Below, piece after piece: positions 47,953 through 58,373 of a stretch of DNA of 64,000 bases. Both the position numbers and the translations under genes were made by a program. Every line of letters begins with the position of its first letter. Within the stretch, counting starts at the first letter, position 1. The notes beneath the pieces are model-generated. The model was not told where the DNA came from. It searched no databases and worked only from the letters and a program-made list of their open reading frames with translations. Source of the stretch: an uncultured Ignavibacteriales bacterium (GTDB taxonomy: Bacteria; Zixibacteria; MSB-5A5; GN15; FEB-12); NCBI GenBank assembly GCA_964464605.1, contig CAYXJN010000005.1, positions 124,001-188,000 of the forward strand, given 5' to 3'.

Positions 47953-48711
47953 TTACAGATGCGTTTCGAGATTTTTTTTGAATCGGCGGCTGACTGGAAG
48001 CTCTTTGCCGGTATTCAGCACTGCCATATACTCTCCGTCTGATGTCTGCCTGAGTTCCTTGATTTTATCGACATTAACGATACAATTCCGGTGAATCCGC
48101 TTGAATCTGTTTCCGTCGAGCCGTTCTTCCATCTCCTTCATCGTTGCACGAAAGAGATGGGCCTCTTTTCCGGCATGGATATTCACGTAGTTGCCGCTTG
48201 ATTCAACCCAGTCGATATCCGAAATTGCCAGAAACTGAATCCGCCCGCTTTCTTTTATGATCAATCGGTCGGGTGCAGCCTCTGTTTGCCGGGCAAGCAG
48301 TTTGGTGATTTTCGAATGAAGCTCCTGTAACTGTCCGTGTTCTATTTGCTCTTTAGCTCTGGCGAGCGCCGACTGAAATCGCTCGGAATCGAACGGTTTC
48401 AGCAGATAATCAAGCGCATGAATTTCGAACGCGGAAATGGCGTATTGATCGTATGCCGTGACAAAAATAATCGCCGGACGCTCGGATTCCGGCAATGCTT
48501 CCACTACTTCAAACCCGGTCATAGCCGGCATTTGAATGTCAAGAAAGACTAAATCAGGTTTTTCGATCTGAATCTTTTTTAAAGCGGATTTCCCGTCTCC
48601 TGCTTCGGCGACGATTTCAATATCTTTATGCTTACCCAAAAGCGTTCGTACCCGGTCGCGGGCCAGCGGCTCATCGTCGACAATTATTACCCGGATCGTA
48701 GCGGTTTTCAT
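47953..48711 (-). CDS. LytTR-family response regulator
   Basis: VDDEPLAR, FLDIQMP, DYLLKP, FKRIHRNCIVN, LPVSRR. Confidence 0.95.
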   Translation of the reverse strand: MKTATIRVIIVDDEPLARDRVRTLLGKHKDIEIVAEAGDGKSALKKIQIEKPDLVFLDIQMPAMTGFEVVEALPESERPAIIFVTAYDQYAISAFEIHALDYLLKPFDSERFQSALARAKEQIEHGQLQELHSKITKLLARQTEAAPDRLIIKESGRIQFLAISDIDWVESSGNYVNIHAGKEAHLFRATMKEMEERLDGNRFKRIHRNCIVNVDKIKELRQTSDGEYMAVLNTGKELPVSRRFKKNLETHL

Positions 48712-49808
48712 ACGGTAGTAAACGGAATTTCGATTTCGATTTTTACGCCGCTGTTGGGAAATGTCGAAACCGCGAATGCATGATTGTCGCCGTACAAATA
48801 GTGCAGCCGCTGTCGGATATTTTTTAGTCCGATTCCGCTGCCGTTCGGGGAAATAATGTCACTGTTAATCCCCACACCGTCGTCGGCAACAGTCAGGTGT
48901 AACCGGTTATGCTTATGGGTCGAGGATACTTTCACGGTACCGGCCGATGTTCGCGGAGAAATGCCGTGTACAATTGCGTTTTCAACCAGCGGCTGCAACA
49001 GCAGGGCAGGAATTTTTGCTTCCAGCGTGTCCGGTTCGATTGATAGCTCAACGTTCAAGCGATCGGAAAACCGAACCTGCTGAATTTCCAAATACAACTG
49101 CGTGAACTCCATTTCGCTCCGCAAAGAAGTCATTTGCGCTTGGTTCGATTGCAAGGTCAACCGCAACAGATCGCCTAACCGGGAGATCATTTTTTCCGCG
49201 CCATCTGGATCGGTGCGGACAAGGGAGGAAATCGTATTGAGGGTATTAAACAGAAAATGTGGATGTAGCTGTGCTTTGAGCGTTTGCAGTTGTGCCTGTG
49301 CCAGTTCGGTTTGCAATTGTGAGGTGCGGAGTTCCTGTGTCCGGAAATTTTTGTAGTATTGCAGGGCGTAACAGGCGACGGTGATAAGCGAATAATTCAT
49401 GAGAAACAGGTGGATCCTCCCTTTGAACCAGCCGAAATAGCTATCCCAAAAGGCGGCCATGTCGGGCGGGAGAGGAGCGTTCATAAAGTACATTTCAATC
49501 GGCCGGTAAGCGGCATTGAACGGAATTAAAATCAGCAGCGATAAGGCAATCCCAGCCAGAAGGTGGATGAACACCAATACCGGTATCGCGAACTGTTCCG
49601 GCCGCAGCTTTTGGCAAAGCCGGTAAACGAGTAAACTGGCCGCTCCCCACAAATACCATTCGGTTGCGCACAACAGAACTGCTTCCCACCAGGGCATCGG
49701 GTTGTTAGTATTGGCATTGAGCAGGTACATCCGCACCGCCCACAACAGCGCAATCCCGGTCCAAAAAAGTGCGAACAGTAAGCCGCGTTTGACGAATTGA
49801 CCATTCAT
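48708..49808 (-). CDS. LytS-type sensor histidine kinase
   Basis: TMs, LKAQLHPHFLFNTLN, LQPLVENAIVHG, GIGLKNIRQRL. Confidence 0.95.
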   Translation of the reverse strand: MNGQFVKRGLLFALFWTGIALLWAVRMYLLNANTNNPMPWWEAVLLCATEWYLWGAASLLVYRLCQKLRPEQFAIPVLVFIHLLAGIALSLLILIPFNAAYRPIEMYFMNAPLPPDMAAFWDSYFGWFKGRIHLFLMNYSLITVACYALQYYKNFRTQELRTSQLQTELAQAQLQTLKAQLHPHFLFNTLNTISSLVRTDPDGAEKMISRLGDLLRLTLQSNQAQMTSLRSEMEFTQLYLEIQQVRFSDRLNVELSIEPDTLEAKIPALLLQPLVENAIVHGISPRTSAGTVKVSSTHKHNRLHLTVADDGVGINSDIISPNGSGIGLKNIRQRLHYLYGDNHAFAVSTFPNSGVKIEIEIPFTTV

Positions 49809-49963
49809 GTCAGTAGTATGCGCATAAGTTTAAAAATGGCAAGGAGGAATTAATATAAGTTAATGCTATTGACGAAAGTGCAAGGAATAGGTTTCTTTGG
49901 ACTTGGAGGCATATACGTTAATAACGCGGGAATTTATACTGCAACAATACAGAGGACTAAACA

Positions 49964-51223
49964 ATGAATAAAGCTATCATTGTTCCTACGAAATATCAGC
50001 CATCAGACAGTATTATTGAGAGAATCGATCAATTTCTAAAAGAATGTAAGCCAGTTGAAATCGAAGAAACGGTACAACTTCTTTTACGTTACGACCAAAA
50101 GAGTAAAGCTTATTATCTCTCATGTTTAATTAAAGCCGAGTTACTTGTTGATAAATCAGATACTGAAGCGTCAATAGATGATGGTGAAGATGATGAATTA
50201 TATAAATTGAATCGTGATGTCACAGATGATGAAGCAGCTTTTATTGAAATGGTTAGTGATGCAGGGAATGGTCGTAGTTTTGAAGATATCGTACTAGAAT
50301 ATGATCTTTCATATAAGTCAGAACGCCCGTTAAAGGTTTATGGTGGACAGCATCGAATAACAGCTATATCAAAAGTGTTAGATAAGCAAAAAGGAAGTGA
50401 TGTAGCGCACGGGGTCAGAGTATATTTTGATCTTTCTAGAGAGCAAAAAGTTGAAATAGCAAGAATCAATAATACTTCTATTGCTGTACCCAACGATTTA
50501 TTGGATAGGATGCAAGAACAACTTTTGGGGACAGAACTACGGGATTGGTGCCAGTCTATCGGTCTTTTGCAATCCGGCCAAGACGTTGCTGCTCGTAAGG
50601 ATCCAATTATACCTACTGCAAGAATCGTCAGAACATTACTTGTCAATTATTTTCGCGGAATGAAATCTAAAGATGTTACCTTACATCAACCCGTAATCTG
50701 TAAGTCTCGCGGTCTAGATCCTGATTATGTTCAGGTAAGAAAAGCAATCAACTGGCAAAATGATGATTTGGCGAGAATGGGTAGAGAATTTGCACGATTA
50801 CATAACGTTCAGCGTGAAAGAGTCAATAGATGGAAAAAAGGTAAAAATGCAGAATCTGCAAGAAAAGCCATATCTTTGACAGTTGTAGCTGCATGGGGTT
50901 ATGCAGCGGGTTTATTTCAAAATAGTAGTAGCGATTTGGATATCTTATATGCTCTCCCAGATAGTACGTCTGAGCCCGACGATCCATTAAATGCTAAAGC
51001 ACTTTCAGCGGCACGCTTGAAAGGTATTGACCCTGATACCTATCGAGGGTTAGGCACAAGAACCGGTTCGACTGAGCTTGGACGAATGTTAGAAGTTTTT
51101 TTAGTGCTTGCAACGAAAGCAACTAACAAAAAAATCACATTAGACCTAGCTAATGCTGCTATAAAATCATATGAAGCTAAGCGAACAAGTTACGAGGCAG
51201 ATAAAAGTTTGAGTAAAATATAA
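49964..51223 (+). CDS. DGQHR/DndB-like ParB-fold protein (GGQHR variant)
   Basis: YKLNR..DIVL..KVYGGQHRITAI..LSREQKVEIARINNT match the order of DGQHR-family motifs; low GC. Confidence 0.65.
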   Translation: MNKAIIVPTKYQPSDSIIERIDQFLKECKPVEIEETVQLLLRYDQKSKAYYLSCLIKAELLVDKSDTEASIDDGEDDELYKLNRDVTDDEAAFIEMVSDAGNGRSFEDIVLEYDLSYKSERPLKVYGGQHRITAISKVLDKQKGSDVAHGVRVYFDLSREQKVEIARINNTSIAVPNDLLDRMQEQLLGTELRDWCQSIGLLQSGQDVAARKDPIIPTARIVRTLLVNYFRGMKSKDVTLHQPVICKSRGLDPDYVQVRKAINWQNDDLARMGREFARLHNVQRERVNRWKKGKNAESARKAISLTVVAAWGYAAGLFQNSSSDLDILYALPDSTSEPDDPLNAKALSAARLKGIDPDTYRGLGTRTGSTELGRMLEVFLVLATKATNKKITLDLANAAIKSYEAKRTSYEADKSLSKI

Positions 51224-51759
51224 TGTTCCAAGAGTATTTGGAAGATTCATCGTTTTTTAGGGATGAAGCTCTTAAAGCAGCCAAAAGGGGTGATCTTATA
51301 ATTGCTAGAAGATTTTTTAGAGTTTCTATTTTGTGTTCTTATAGTGCTCTTGAATCTTTTGTTAATTTTATCGCTGATACTCTTGAGAAAGGGGGTAATC
51401 TTGAAAAGCATGAACTTGCATTCCTTTCAGATCAATGCTTTAGGTTTAATACAAGTACAAATGATTTAGTCCCCAAAAGGGAATTTCAACGCATTGATGA
51501 TAAACTTCGTTTTTTAATAAGGCTCTATAATAAAAATTATCAATTCAGCTCATCTGAATGGTCACACCTGGTCGAATTAAAAAAATTCAGGGATTCTATT
51601 GTTCATCCGCGTAGTGAGCAGGATGAAACATCGACAAGCGAATATAGCCGTAGAACTAAGAGCGGACTTCGTGCAGTTATTGATATCATGAATCTGCTTT
51701 CGCAGAGTATTTTCAGAAAGCAATTAAGAAGAAAAATATTAGATTTAATTCCAAGTTAA
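51223..51759 (+). CDS. HEPN-domain protein (putative RNase)
   Basis: All-helical, SALESFVN, Rx4H motif RDSIVH; TAATG coupling to the upstream gene; very low GC. Confidence 0.7.
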   Translation: MFQEYLEDSSFFRDEALKAAKRGDLIIARRFFRVSILCSYSALESFVNFIADTLEKGGNLEKHELAFLSDQCFRFNTSTNDLVPKREFQRIDDKLRFLIRLYNKNYQFSSSEWSHLVELKKFRDSIVHPRSEQDETSTSEYSRRTKSGLRAVIDIMNLLSQSIFRKQLRRKILDLIPS

Positions 51760-51761
51760 TA

Positions 51762-52481
51762 ATGAAAAGCGGCTTGTTTCCAAAAAATCCTATGCACCTC
51801 AATCCCACCAGCTTAGCTAAAACCGTTGATTCGGTAAATGAAGCGTTCTTTTTCAAGCAGCCGATTACATCGGCTGAGCGGGAAGCAGTCGCGCTATGGA
51901 TCGCCAAGCGGCAAGGACTCGAAGGTTCCTATGCCGATATGTTTGCACCAACTGCTGCCGACATGAAAAATGGAATGAAGCTGTTTACCGGGGAAATGTT
52001 AAAACCAAGCGCATCATTGCGGCATGTTATCGGTGAAGAGGCCGCTCGTGCCTTGGTTTTGCTAAAACCAAAATCAAAGGAGGCAAGACTTGCTCTTGAT
52101 CGCGCGACAGAAGGAATGCTTGCCCGGCTTGCCAATGAACCGCGAGCGAAGTCCGGCAAAGGGGCATATATGTTCTGCTGCGGCACCTGCGACCCATCGA
52201 TATGGCGGCATATTAGCGCCGGTGGACTCAAAGGCGCAGAGAAGTGGATAGAATACGGAATGAAATCTTTACAGGCTCATCGAGATGGAAAAGGGATGTG
52301 GCGCCGCTACCCGTTTTTCTGGGTGCTGTTGGCATTGATCGATATTGACACGACTGCGGCTAAACAGGAAATCAAATACGCAGCTAAAAAGGCGGAGAAA
52401 TATCTTGTCCGATCAAACAGGACTAATTCAATAGTCATTCGTCGCCGTACGGTGATAGAACGTGTGCTAAACAAAATCTGA
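51762..52481 (+). CDS. Hypothetical protein
   Basis: 239-aa ORF with host-like GC, CCGTC motif; start may be 51792. Confidence 0.6.
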   Translation: MKSGLFPKNPMHLNPTSLAKTVDSVNEAFFFKQPITSAEREAVALWIAKRQGLEGSYADMFAPTAADMKNGMKLFTGEMLKPSASLRHVIGEEAARALVLLKPKSKEARLALDRATEGMLARLANEPRAKSGKGAYMFCCGTCDPSIWRHISAGGLKGAEKWIEYGMKSLQAHRDGKGMWRRYPFFWVLLALIDIDTTAAKQEIKYAAKKAEKYLVRSNRTNSIVIRRRTVIERVLNKI

Positions 52482-52541
52482 ATGTAACAGACGCCAGATT
52501 TGGTTTGACCGCGCTGCAAAATTTCCTATACTCGCTTACCT

Positions 52542-53537
52542 ATGCAACAACGAACTATTGGTCACACCGGAACGCGGGTTTCAGCTTTGGGATTGGGATG
52601 TATGGGGATGTCGGACCTGTATGGGCAGGCTGACGAAAAAGAGAGTATTGCAACTATTCAGGCCGCTATTGATGCCGGTATCACGCTTTTGGACACAGGC
52701 GACTACTATGGCGCGGGCGCAAATGAGATGCTTATTCGAAAAGCAATTGAAGGTAAACGGGATAAGCTGTTCATTCAAATCAAATATGGAGCACTTCGGG
52801 ACCCAAAAGGCGCTTGGCTTGGATTTGATACTCGTCCAGTTCCGACCAAAAATTTTCTGGCTATGAGCCTTCGCCGTTTAAACACCGACTATATCGATCT
52901 CTACCAGCCAGGGCGGATCGCTCCGCATATACCGACCGAAGAAACAATCGGCGGTATTGCAGAACTGGTGAAAGAAGGCTATGTCAAAAACATTGGGCTT
53001 TCCGAAGCTGGTGCAGCAACAATCCGCAAGGCGCAGGCTGTACACCCGATTTCTTCATTGCAAATTGAATATTCTCTTATCAGCAGAAGTATCGAAAAGG
53101 AAATTTTGCCGACCACGCGGGAGCTTAACATCTCACTCACCGTGTATGGTGTATTGTCGCGTGGGCTACTCAGTGGAAAATGGACCGCCGAACGCGCCGC
53201 ATCGGGTGGCCGTGACTATCGCGCGTATCTCCCGCGATTCACCGGTGTGAATTTGACAAGGAATCTGAATCTGGTCGAAACACTAACACACGTAGGTGCA
53301 GAGTACGGCGCAACACCAAGCCAGGTAGCAATAGCATGGGTGCTTCATAGGGGAGATGACATCATTCCGCTTATAGGAGCAAGATCGAGAGCACAATTGC
53401 ATGAAGCGCTGAAAGCGCTCGATATTAAGCTCGACAGTACTCATGTAGAAAAAATCGAGCAGGCGATTCCTGCCGATTCGGCATCTGGTACTCGTTACGA
53501 TGAACAGCATATGAACTTTCTGGACAGCGAGAAATAG
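52542..53537 (+). CDS. Aldo/keto reductase
   Basis: LGLGCMGMS, LDTGDYYG, SLRRLNTDYIDLYQ, IGLSE, QIEYSL. Confidence 0.95.
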   Translation: MQQRTIGHTGTRVSALGLGCMGMSDLYGQADEKESIATIQAAIDAGITLLDTGDYYGAGANEMLIRKAIEGKRDKLFIQIKYGALRDPKGAWLGFDTRPVPTKNFLAMSLRRLNTDYIDLYQPGRIAPHIPTEETIGGIAELVKEGYVKNIGLSEAGAATIRKAQAVHPISSLQIEYSLISRSIEKEILPTTRELNISLTVYGVLSRGLLSGKWTAERAASGGRDYRAYLPRFTGVNLTRNLNLVETLTHVGAEYGATPSQVAIAWVLHRGDDIIPLIGARSRAQLHEALKALDIKLDSTHVEKIEQAIPADSASGTRYDEQHMNFLDSEK

Positions 53538-53594
53538 CGGTTCGTTGTTGAATAATGCACTCATCCGTTGGGTTGAGCGCCAAAACCGAAAACA

Positions 53595-53625
53595 AAAAAG
53601 CGGCCCGTAAAACAGGCCGCTTTTT
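53595..53625. terminator. Bidirectional rho-independent terminator
   Basis: AAAAAGCGGCC-N9-GGCCGCTTTTT between convergent genes. Confidence 0.8.
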
Positions 53626-53644
53626 CATTTTATGAATCAGCTAC

Positions 53645-55660
53645 TTATTGCGCACGCTTTAGCACCAAAGCCGGAACGGTGGCTTTGGTTTCTTTGCCGA
53701 GCAGGGCAAGCAGGTCGGCATACTTTTCTTTTGGATGAAACGACTGTTTCAGCGTTACCGACTGCGTTGCGCGGATACCTTCGGCGGTGGTTGTCCATTC
53801 GCTGGCCAGTGATCCTAACTCGGTCTGAATCGTATCGGCAGGCGGTAAGGAAGCAGCCACCCATCCGGCCGGCAGCACATAATCGAGTGTTCGTGAATAA
53901 TGAGCATTGTACGGAATATAAATATCGTTTGTACGCTGCTCGAAGTTCTCGGTGAGTTCATCATTCCCGAAGGTGAACAAATCAGTTTTCTGAATAATGA
54001 TTTCATCGGGCGTCTGCGTGACCATATTATTGAGCGTGAGGTCAAACCGTTCGATGAGCGGACTCTGATAGTCGGTGTCGTTTTGAATACTGACCGAGTC
54101 GACGGTGTATTCTTCACCGGCGAGTTTGAATCCGGCGCGCAGGCTGTCTAATTTTGTTTCGTACGAATAGGTTTCAAAATCGCGTCTTCGATAGTAACTG
54201 CCAATACCGTCGATTACCCGATCCATGCGCACTTTGACTGTGCCGCTGGTATCGATATGAAGTTTGTAATTGGTCGCGTATTTCGTACCGGAACTATCAT
54301 TCGGCACATTCCAGAACCGGAAAAGTTCACCTTCGTTCATTACGATAGCATCCTGTCCCTGATACCGGCTGGGAATCATCGGTGCGGGTAGATATTTCAA
54401 AGTCGGAAATACGGCAAGTTCCCGATCTCCTAAATTAACTTGCAGGGCAGGCATATATATCTGGGAAGGGCTTACATACATCGGGTCGAAATACCCGTCC
54501 CATGCATCATGTACGATAACAAAATTGCAGGTTATCCCTGCGTAGGTAAGCATGGCATAGGCCAAATTGTTGATGTCGTAATACGTCCCTTTTTTCTTAT
54601 CGAGTGTTTTGCCGGGGTTGCCGTCATTGTCGTCCATATACGACGGTTCGATATTTTTATGTATGTACGAAAGAATGGCATTGATTTTCGTCATTGCGGA
54701 ATCATCCATATTGGTCAATGAATCGACAACGGCTTCCATTTTTTTCGATCGCTTGTCCCCTTTCTTGAGGACATACTTGCGAAACTGTTCTGAAAACTTA
54801 TCCCACGATTCGCCGCGATCGTCACTTATTCCCATCATCATAAAGTGCGTTACCATGATATTGAGATATTTGGCAACCTGTTTAAACGGAGGAGAAAACG
54901 GTTCATCTTTAATTGCCGGAACATTTTCGGCTTTGTAAGTGAGAATAATTTTTTTGGCGAGGCTATCATTGGTTGAACTCAGCGGAATACCGACTTTAGG
55001 AGCAATCTGCTTTGTGTTAACTGTCCACCATTCTGGGATTGCGTACGAAGCAGTCAGTTTTTCGCAGGGGATATTGAACTGCAGTGGGAAATACTCTTCA
55101 AGCGGCGGCATGTAGTAACTGGCGCGGTAGTCATCCTGATATCCAACTTGCACTACCGTGCCCGGCGTGACGTTCGGGAAAGCGATGCGGTAGTCGGTGT
55201 CGCCGTCCGGATCGGTTGTTTTGGTCATATCGGCAAATTTATATAGCTTAACGTCACCATTTGGATAGGTAACCTGAATATAAAATTTAGACGGTTTGTA
55301 TCCGAGCGAGTAGGTTGTAAGCGAAGTCGCCTCAGGGTTGAGAATGATATATTCATCTTTGTAGGTATTGCTGTATAGCCAATCCTTACCGTAATTTGCA
55401 AGACTACCGAGAAGACCGAATTGAGAGAAAAATCCCCGTTTCGTGTCATCTTTGGAGCCGGAATGTTCAATACTGTTTTCATACGTCAGAATAACACCAT
55501 CGTATCCTTTGTATTGTTCAAGGCATCGGGCAATATCAGCAGGATCTACTGACGCCTGTGGCGTCAGCGGCATTTCGAGCGTTATAACCTTCTTTGAACT
55601 GGTGCAGCCGATTGCCAAAAGCGCAATACAGGCGAGCACGAAAATATGGAGCCTCATCAT
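53645..55660 (-). CDS. DUF3857/transglutaminase-like lipoprotein (catalytic Cys absent)
   Basis: Start re-called to about 55660; lipobox LAIGC; FPNVTPGTVV, NVPAIKDEPF, KKKGTYYDIN at the catalytic position. Confidence 0.75.
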   Translation of the reverse strand: MMRLHIFVLACIALLAIGCTSSKKVITLEMPLTPQASVDPADIARCLEQYKGYDGVILTYENSIEHSGSKDDTKRGFFSQFGLLGSLANYGKDWLYSNTYKDEYIILNPEATSLTTYSLGYKPSKFYIQVTYPNGDVKLYKFADMTKTTDPDGDTDYRIAFPNVTPGTVVQVGYQDDYRASYYMPPLEEYFPLQFNIPCEKLTASYAIPEWWTVNTKQIAPKVGIPLSSTNDSLAKKIILTYKAENVPAIKDEPFSPPFKQVAKYLNIMVTHFMMMGISDDRGESWDKFSEQFRKYVLKKGDKRSKKMEAVVDSLTNMDDSAMTKINAILSYIHKNIEPSYMDDNDGNPGKTLDKKKGTYYDINNLAYAMLTYAGITCNFVIVHDAWDGYFDPMYVSPSQIYMPALQVNLGDRELAVFPTLKYLPAPMIPSRYQGQDAIVMNEGELFRFWNVPNDSSGTKYATNYKLHIDTSGTVKVRMDRVIDGIGSYYRRRDFETYSYETKLDSLRAGFKLAGEEYTVDSVSIQNDTDYQSPLIERFDLTLNNMVTQTPDEIIIQKTDLFTFGNDELTENFEQRTNDIYIPYNAHYSRTLDYVLPAGWVAASLPPADTIQTELGSLASEWTTTAEGIRATQSVTLKQSFHPKEKYADLLALLGKETKATVPALVLKRAQ

Positions 55661-57483
55661 CAACCTCCTGCTAAAGTAAACACTTGTTTTTTCGCTGCAA
55701 AATACTGACGGCAAAAACTGAGATAGGCAGATCGCGCTTCGCCATACAGGAATTTTTGCCGTCGATGAAACTGATACGAACAGGTCACGCTGTTTTCTCC
55801 GGCAGAAAACCGAGAAATAGATTGTCCGGTGCCGATTTCACCGAGTTGCAGTGAGTCAACCGGTTTCGCGCTTTTTGCGCCTCGTAGCGTAATCGACGCA
55901 CGTAAATCGGCAAGGGTGTCGAATACAATCGGCAGGGTATCCTGTTCCCGTTTGAGAATCTCATTATTAGTTACCACAAAAAGTGTTTGCGGGAGATAAC
56001 GCGCCGTTCCGGATGCTACCATCCAGCGGGAAAGATCTGCTGATGCCTGCAGAGTTATCTCACGCGGCTGATCATCGATTATTTTATAATGATGAAAATG
56101 GATCGGCGGGATAACCGCTGAAATCATTTTGTCGAAAAAGTCTTCAGCGGAAATTCTCATTTGTTCAACCTGAAATGCCCGATAGGCGGCCAACAAGTCA
56201 CCGCGAATCGTTATCGTTGCGTTCACAGTGGAAACAGAATCGATATGGCCGTCAATCATGGCCGATATCATCGGCAGGCTGTCGTGCCGCGGCACAGTTA
56301 GTTCTCTCGGATTTTTCGGGTCTAAAATCAGCGCGCGCTGTTCGACGATACAATCCGGATAATCTTCAAACGGGTGGTATTTGGCGGTCGCATCGAAGAA
56401 GAATGACTGAGTTGAATCTTCATAGTAGCAAATAACGTGATCGTATATCGAGGGGTATATCAAATCCATATCCGGTACGGGGTCGACGGAGACAAGTCCC
56501 ATAAACACCGGAATACCAAGCGCTTTTGCCAGCGCACAGATAAGATAAGCGCGATCTTTGCAGTCTCCGTATCCTCGGGACAGCACGGTATCAGGAAAAT
56601 GCGGTTGAAATCCGTGCTTTCCGCGATAGTCCTGCAGATAGCGGATGTTTTTTCGTACCCAATCGTGCAGCGCGCGAAGTTTTTCCCGTACAGTCGGCAA
56701 GGGTGCAATACTGTCCAGAAGAAAAGCGGCAGTGGCAGTATCTATGACAGGGTCTAAACTAGCCATCCGACCAAACCATTTGGTGATTCCGCGCGGCGTG
56801 GTAGCCGATATTACTTCACCCTGGTTGATAACTTCGACTATGATAATAGCGTGACAATAATTGAAAGCGCGCTGTGGGAGTTCGGGTTTGCGTTTCATTG
56901 GCGGGAAACGGTACAAGGTACGCCGTGAATCGAGTGTTTCAGTCGTGTATGGAATCTGTTCGCGCGGGAAAAAAACGTGGAGCTTGTAGCTGAGTTCAAT
57001 AGGCGCATCGACCGTAAAGGTGAATTCCGATAGTGAGTCCTCGTTAGATATCACCACCCAGGGAATATAGCTCATGTCAGCAACACTCTGGCTTGTCGAA
57101 TAGCTGAATTTGTCACCCCATTTTGGTCGATCGGGATACCAAAGTTCGTGAATGTTATCATCAGTGAGAAAAAGGTCGGGACCCCAGTCTCTGTCGACAT
57201 TGTGATATTTACTGCCGAGCAGCTTTTTGTTTTTCTTCATCGTGATATTGGTGAACGGGGCAAATGAGCTTTCGTAGAGATAGTCTATCCAGTCCGGATG
57301 GGTGGCGTTGCTGTCGAGCCAGGTGCGGGTGCTTTCGGTATTGATTATCGCCCGAAATTCCGTGCTGTTCTTTTTTTTGAAAACGTAAGTGACATGCTTT
57401 GCGACAACAGAGCGGGTTGCCGCTTCGGTTATGCTAACCAGCGCCATGACAGTTAGGAGAGCAAATGTAAGAAAACGAACCAT
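55660..57483 (-). CDS. DUF3857/transglutaminase-like protein
   Basis: WVRKNIRY, YGDCKD (Cys), DHVICY (His), FDAT (Asp). Confidence 0.85.
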   Translation of the reverse strand: MVRFLTFALLTVMALVSITEAATRSVVAKHVTYVFKKKNSTEFRAIINTESTRTWLDSNATHPDWIDYLYESSFAPFTNITMKKNKKLLGSKYHNVDRDWGPDLFLTDDNIHELWYPDRPKWGDKFSYSTSQSVADMSYIPWVVISNEDSLSEFTFTVDAPIELSYKLHVFFPREQIPYTTETLDSRRTLYRFPPMKRKPELPQRAFNYCHAIIIVEVINQGEVISATTPRGITKWFGRMASLDPVIDTATAAFLLDSIAPLPTVREKLRALHDWVRKNIRYLQDYRGKHGFQPHFPDTVLSRGYGDCKDRAYLICALAKALGIPVFMGLVSVDPVPDMDLIYPSIYDHVICYYEDSTQSFFFDATAKYHPFEDYPDCIVEQRALILDPKNPRELTVPRHDSLPMISAMIDGHIDSVSTVNATITIRGDLLAAYRAFQVEQMRISAEDFFDKMISAVIPPIHFHHYKIIDDQPREITLQASADLSRWMVASGTARYLPQTLFVVTNNEILKREQDTLPIVFDTLADLRASITLRGAKSAKPVDSLQLGEIGTGQSISRFSAGENSVTCSYQFHRRQKFLYGEARSAYLSFCRQYFAAKKQVFTLAGG

Positions 57484-57583
57484 GCGTTATTGCCGTTTTA
57501 ACCCTATTTATAAAACAGGATACAATGCGAACGGGGAATGGTCAAGTGGACACAAAAACAACGAGTTACGTGAAAAAGCGAAT

Positions 57584-57621
57584 AAACAAAAATGGCGGCT
57601 CGCGTTTGCGAACCACCATTT
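57584..57621 (-). terminator. Rho-independent terminator of msrB
   Basis: Minus strand AAATGGTGGTTCGC-AAAC-GCGAGCCGCCATTT-TTGTTT. Confidence 0.7.
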
Positions 57622-57640
57622 GGTTTGATAATGTGAACTG

Positions 57641-58198
57641 CTACTTTTTCGTACTGTCGGCAGCAGAGTCAGCTTTCTTTTCGAAGTCTAACGAAACTGA
57701 GTTGATGCAGTAGCGTAATCCGGTCGGATTCGGGCCGTCGTCGAAAACATGTCCGAGATGCGCACCGCATTTGCCGCACATAACTTCCGTGCGGATCATG
57801 CCGTAGCTGGTGTCCTTCTTCTCGACAATCTTTCCGTCATCGATTGCCTGATAAAAGCTCGGCCATCCGCATCCGGCGTCGAACTTGGTGTTCGAAGTAA
57901 ACAGGTGCTCTCCGCAGGCGACGCAGTTATAGACGCCGTTTTCGAAAAATTTGTCATACTTGCCGGTGAAAGGACGTTCGGTTCCTTTTTCACGCACTAC
58001 ATGATATTGCTCCGGTGTTAACTGCGCTTTCCATTCGGCATCGGTTTTAGTGACTTCGAATGTATGCTCGGTTTTTTGAGCCATTCCGTTCTCCTTTGTA
58101 TTTTTCGTCATACTGCCGCTCGGCGCATTTCCAGCGAACAGATAGACAGCAGCGACAACGACGATAAGGGCTGCTACGATCCAGACTGCTTTTACCAT
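57641..58198 (-). CDS. msrB: Peptide-methionine (R)-S-oxide reductase with N-terminal membrane/signal segment
   Basis: Start re-called to 58198; [37 protein letters not shown]. Confidence 0.95.
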   Translation of the reverse strand: MVKAVWIVAALIVVVAAVYLFAGNAPSGSMTKNTKENGMAQKTEHTFEVTKTDAEWKAQLTPEQYHVVREKGTERPFTGKYDKFFENGVYNCVACGEHLFTSNTKFDAGCGWPSFYQAIDDGKIVEKKDTSYGMIRTEVMCGKCGAHLGHVFDDGPNPTGLRYCINSVSLDFEKKADSAADSTKK

Positions 58199-58373
58199 AT
58201 ATAACCTCCGAGTTTTACATAATAGTCGGGTGGAGGTGAATTTCATTACAAGAAAAACAGCGACTACCCATATATAGTTCCGTAGACAACAGGAGCCAGC
58301 TAAGCCATAGTCTCGTTTCTACTTAGTATGCCGAATCGCCTTGACTACCGGGCAAAAAAAGGTATATAGCGAC

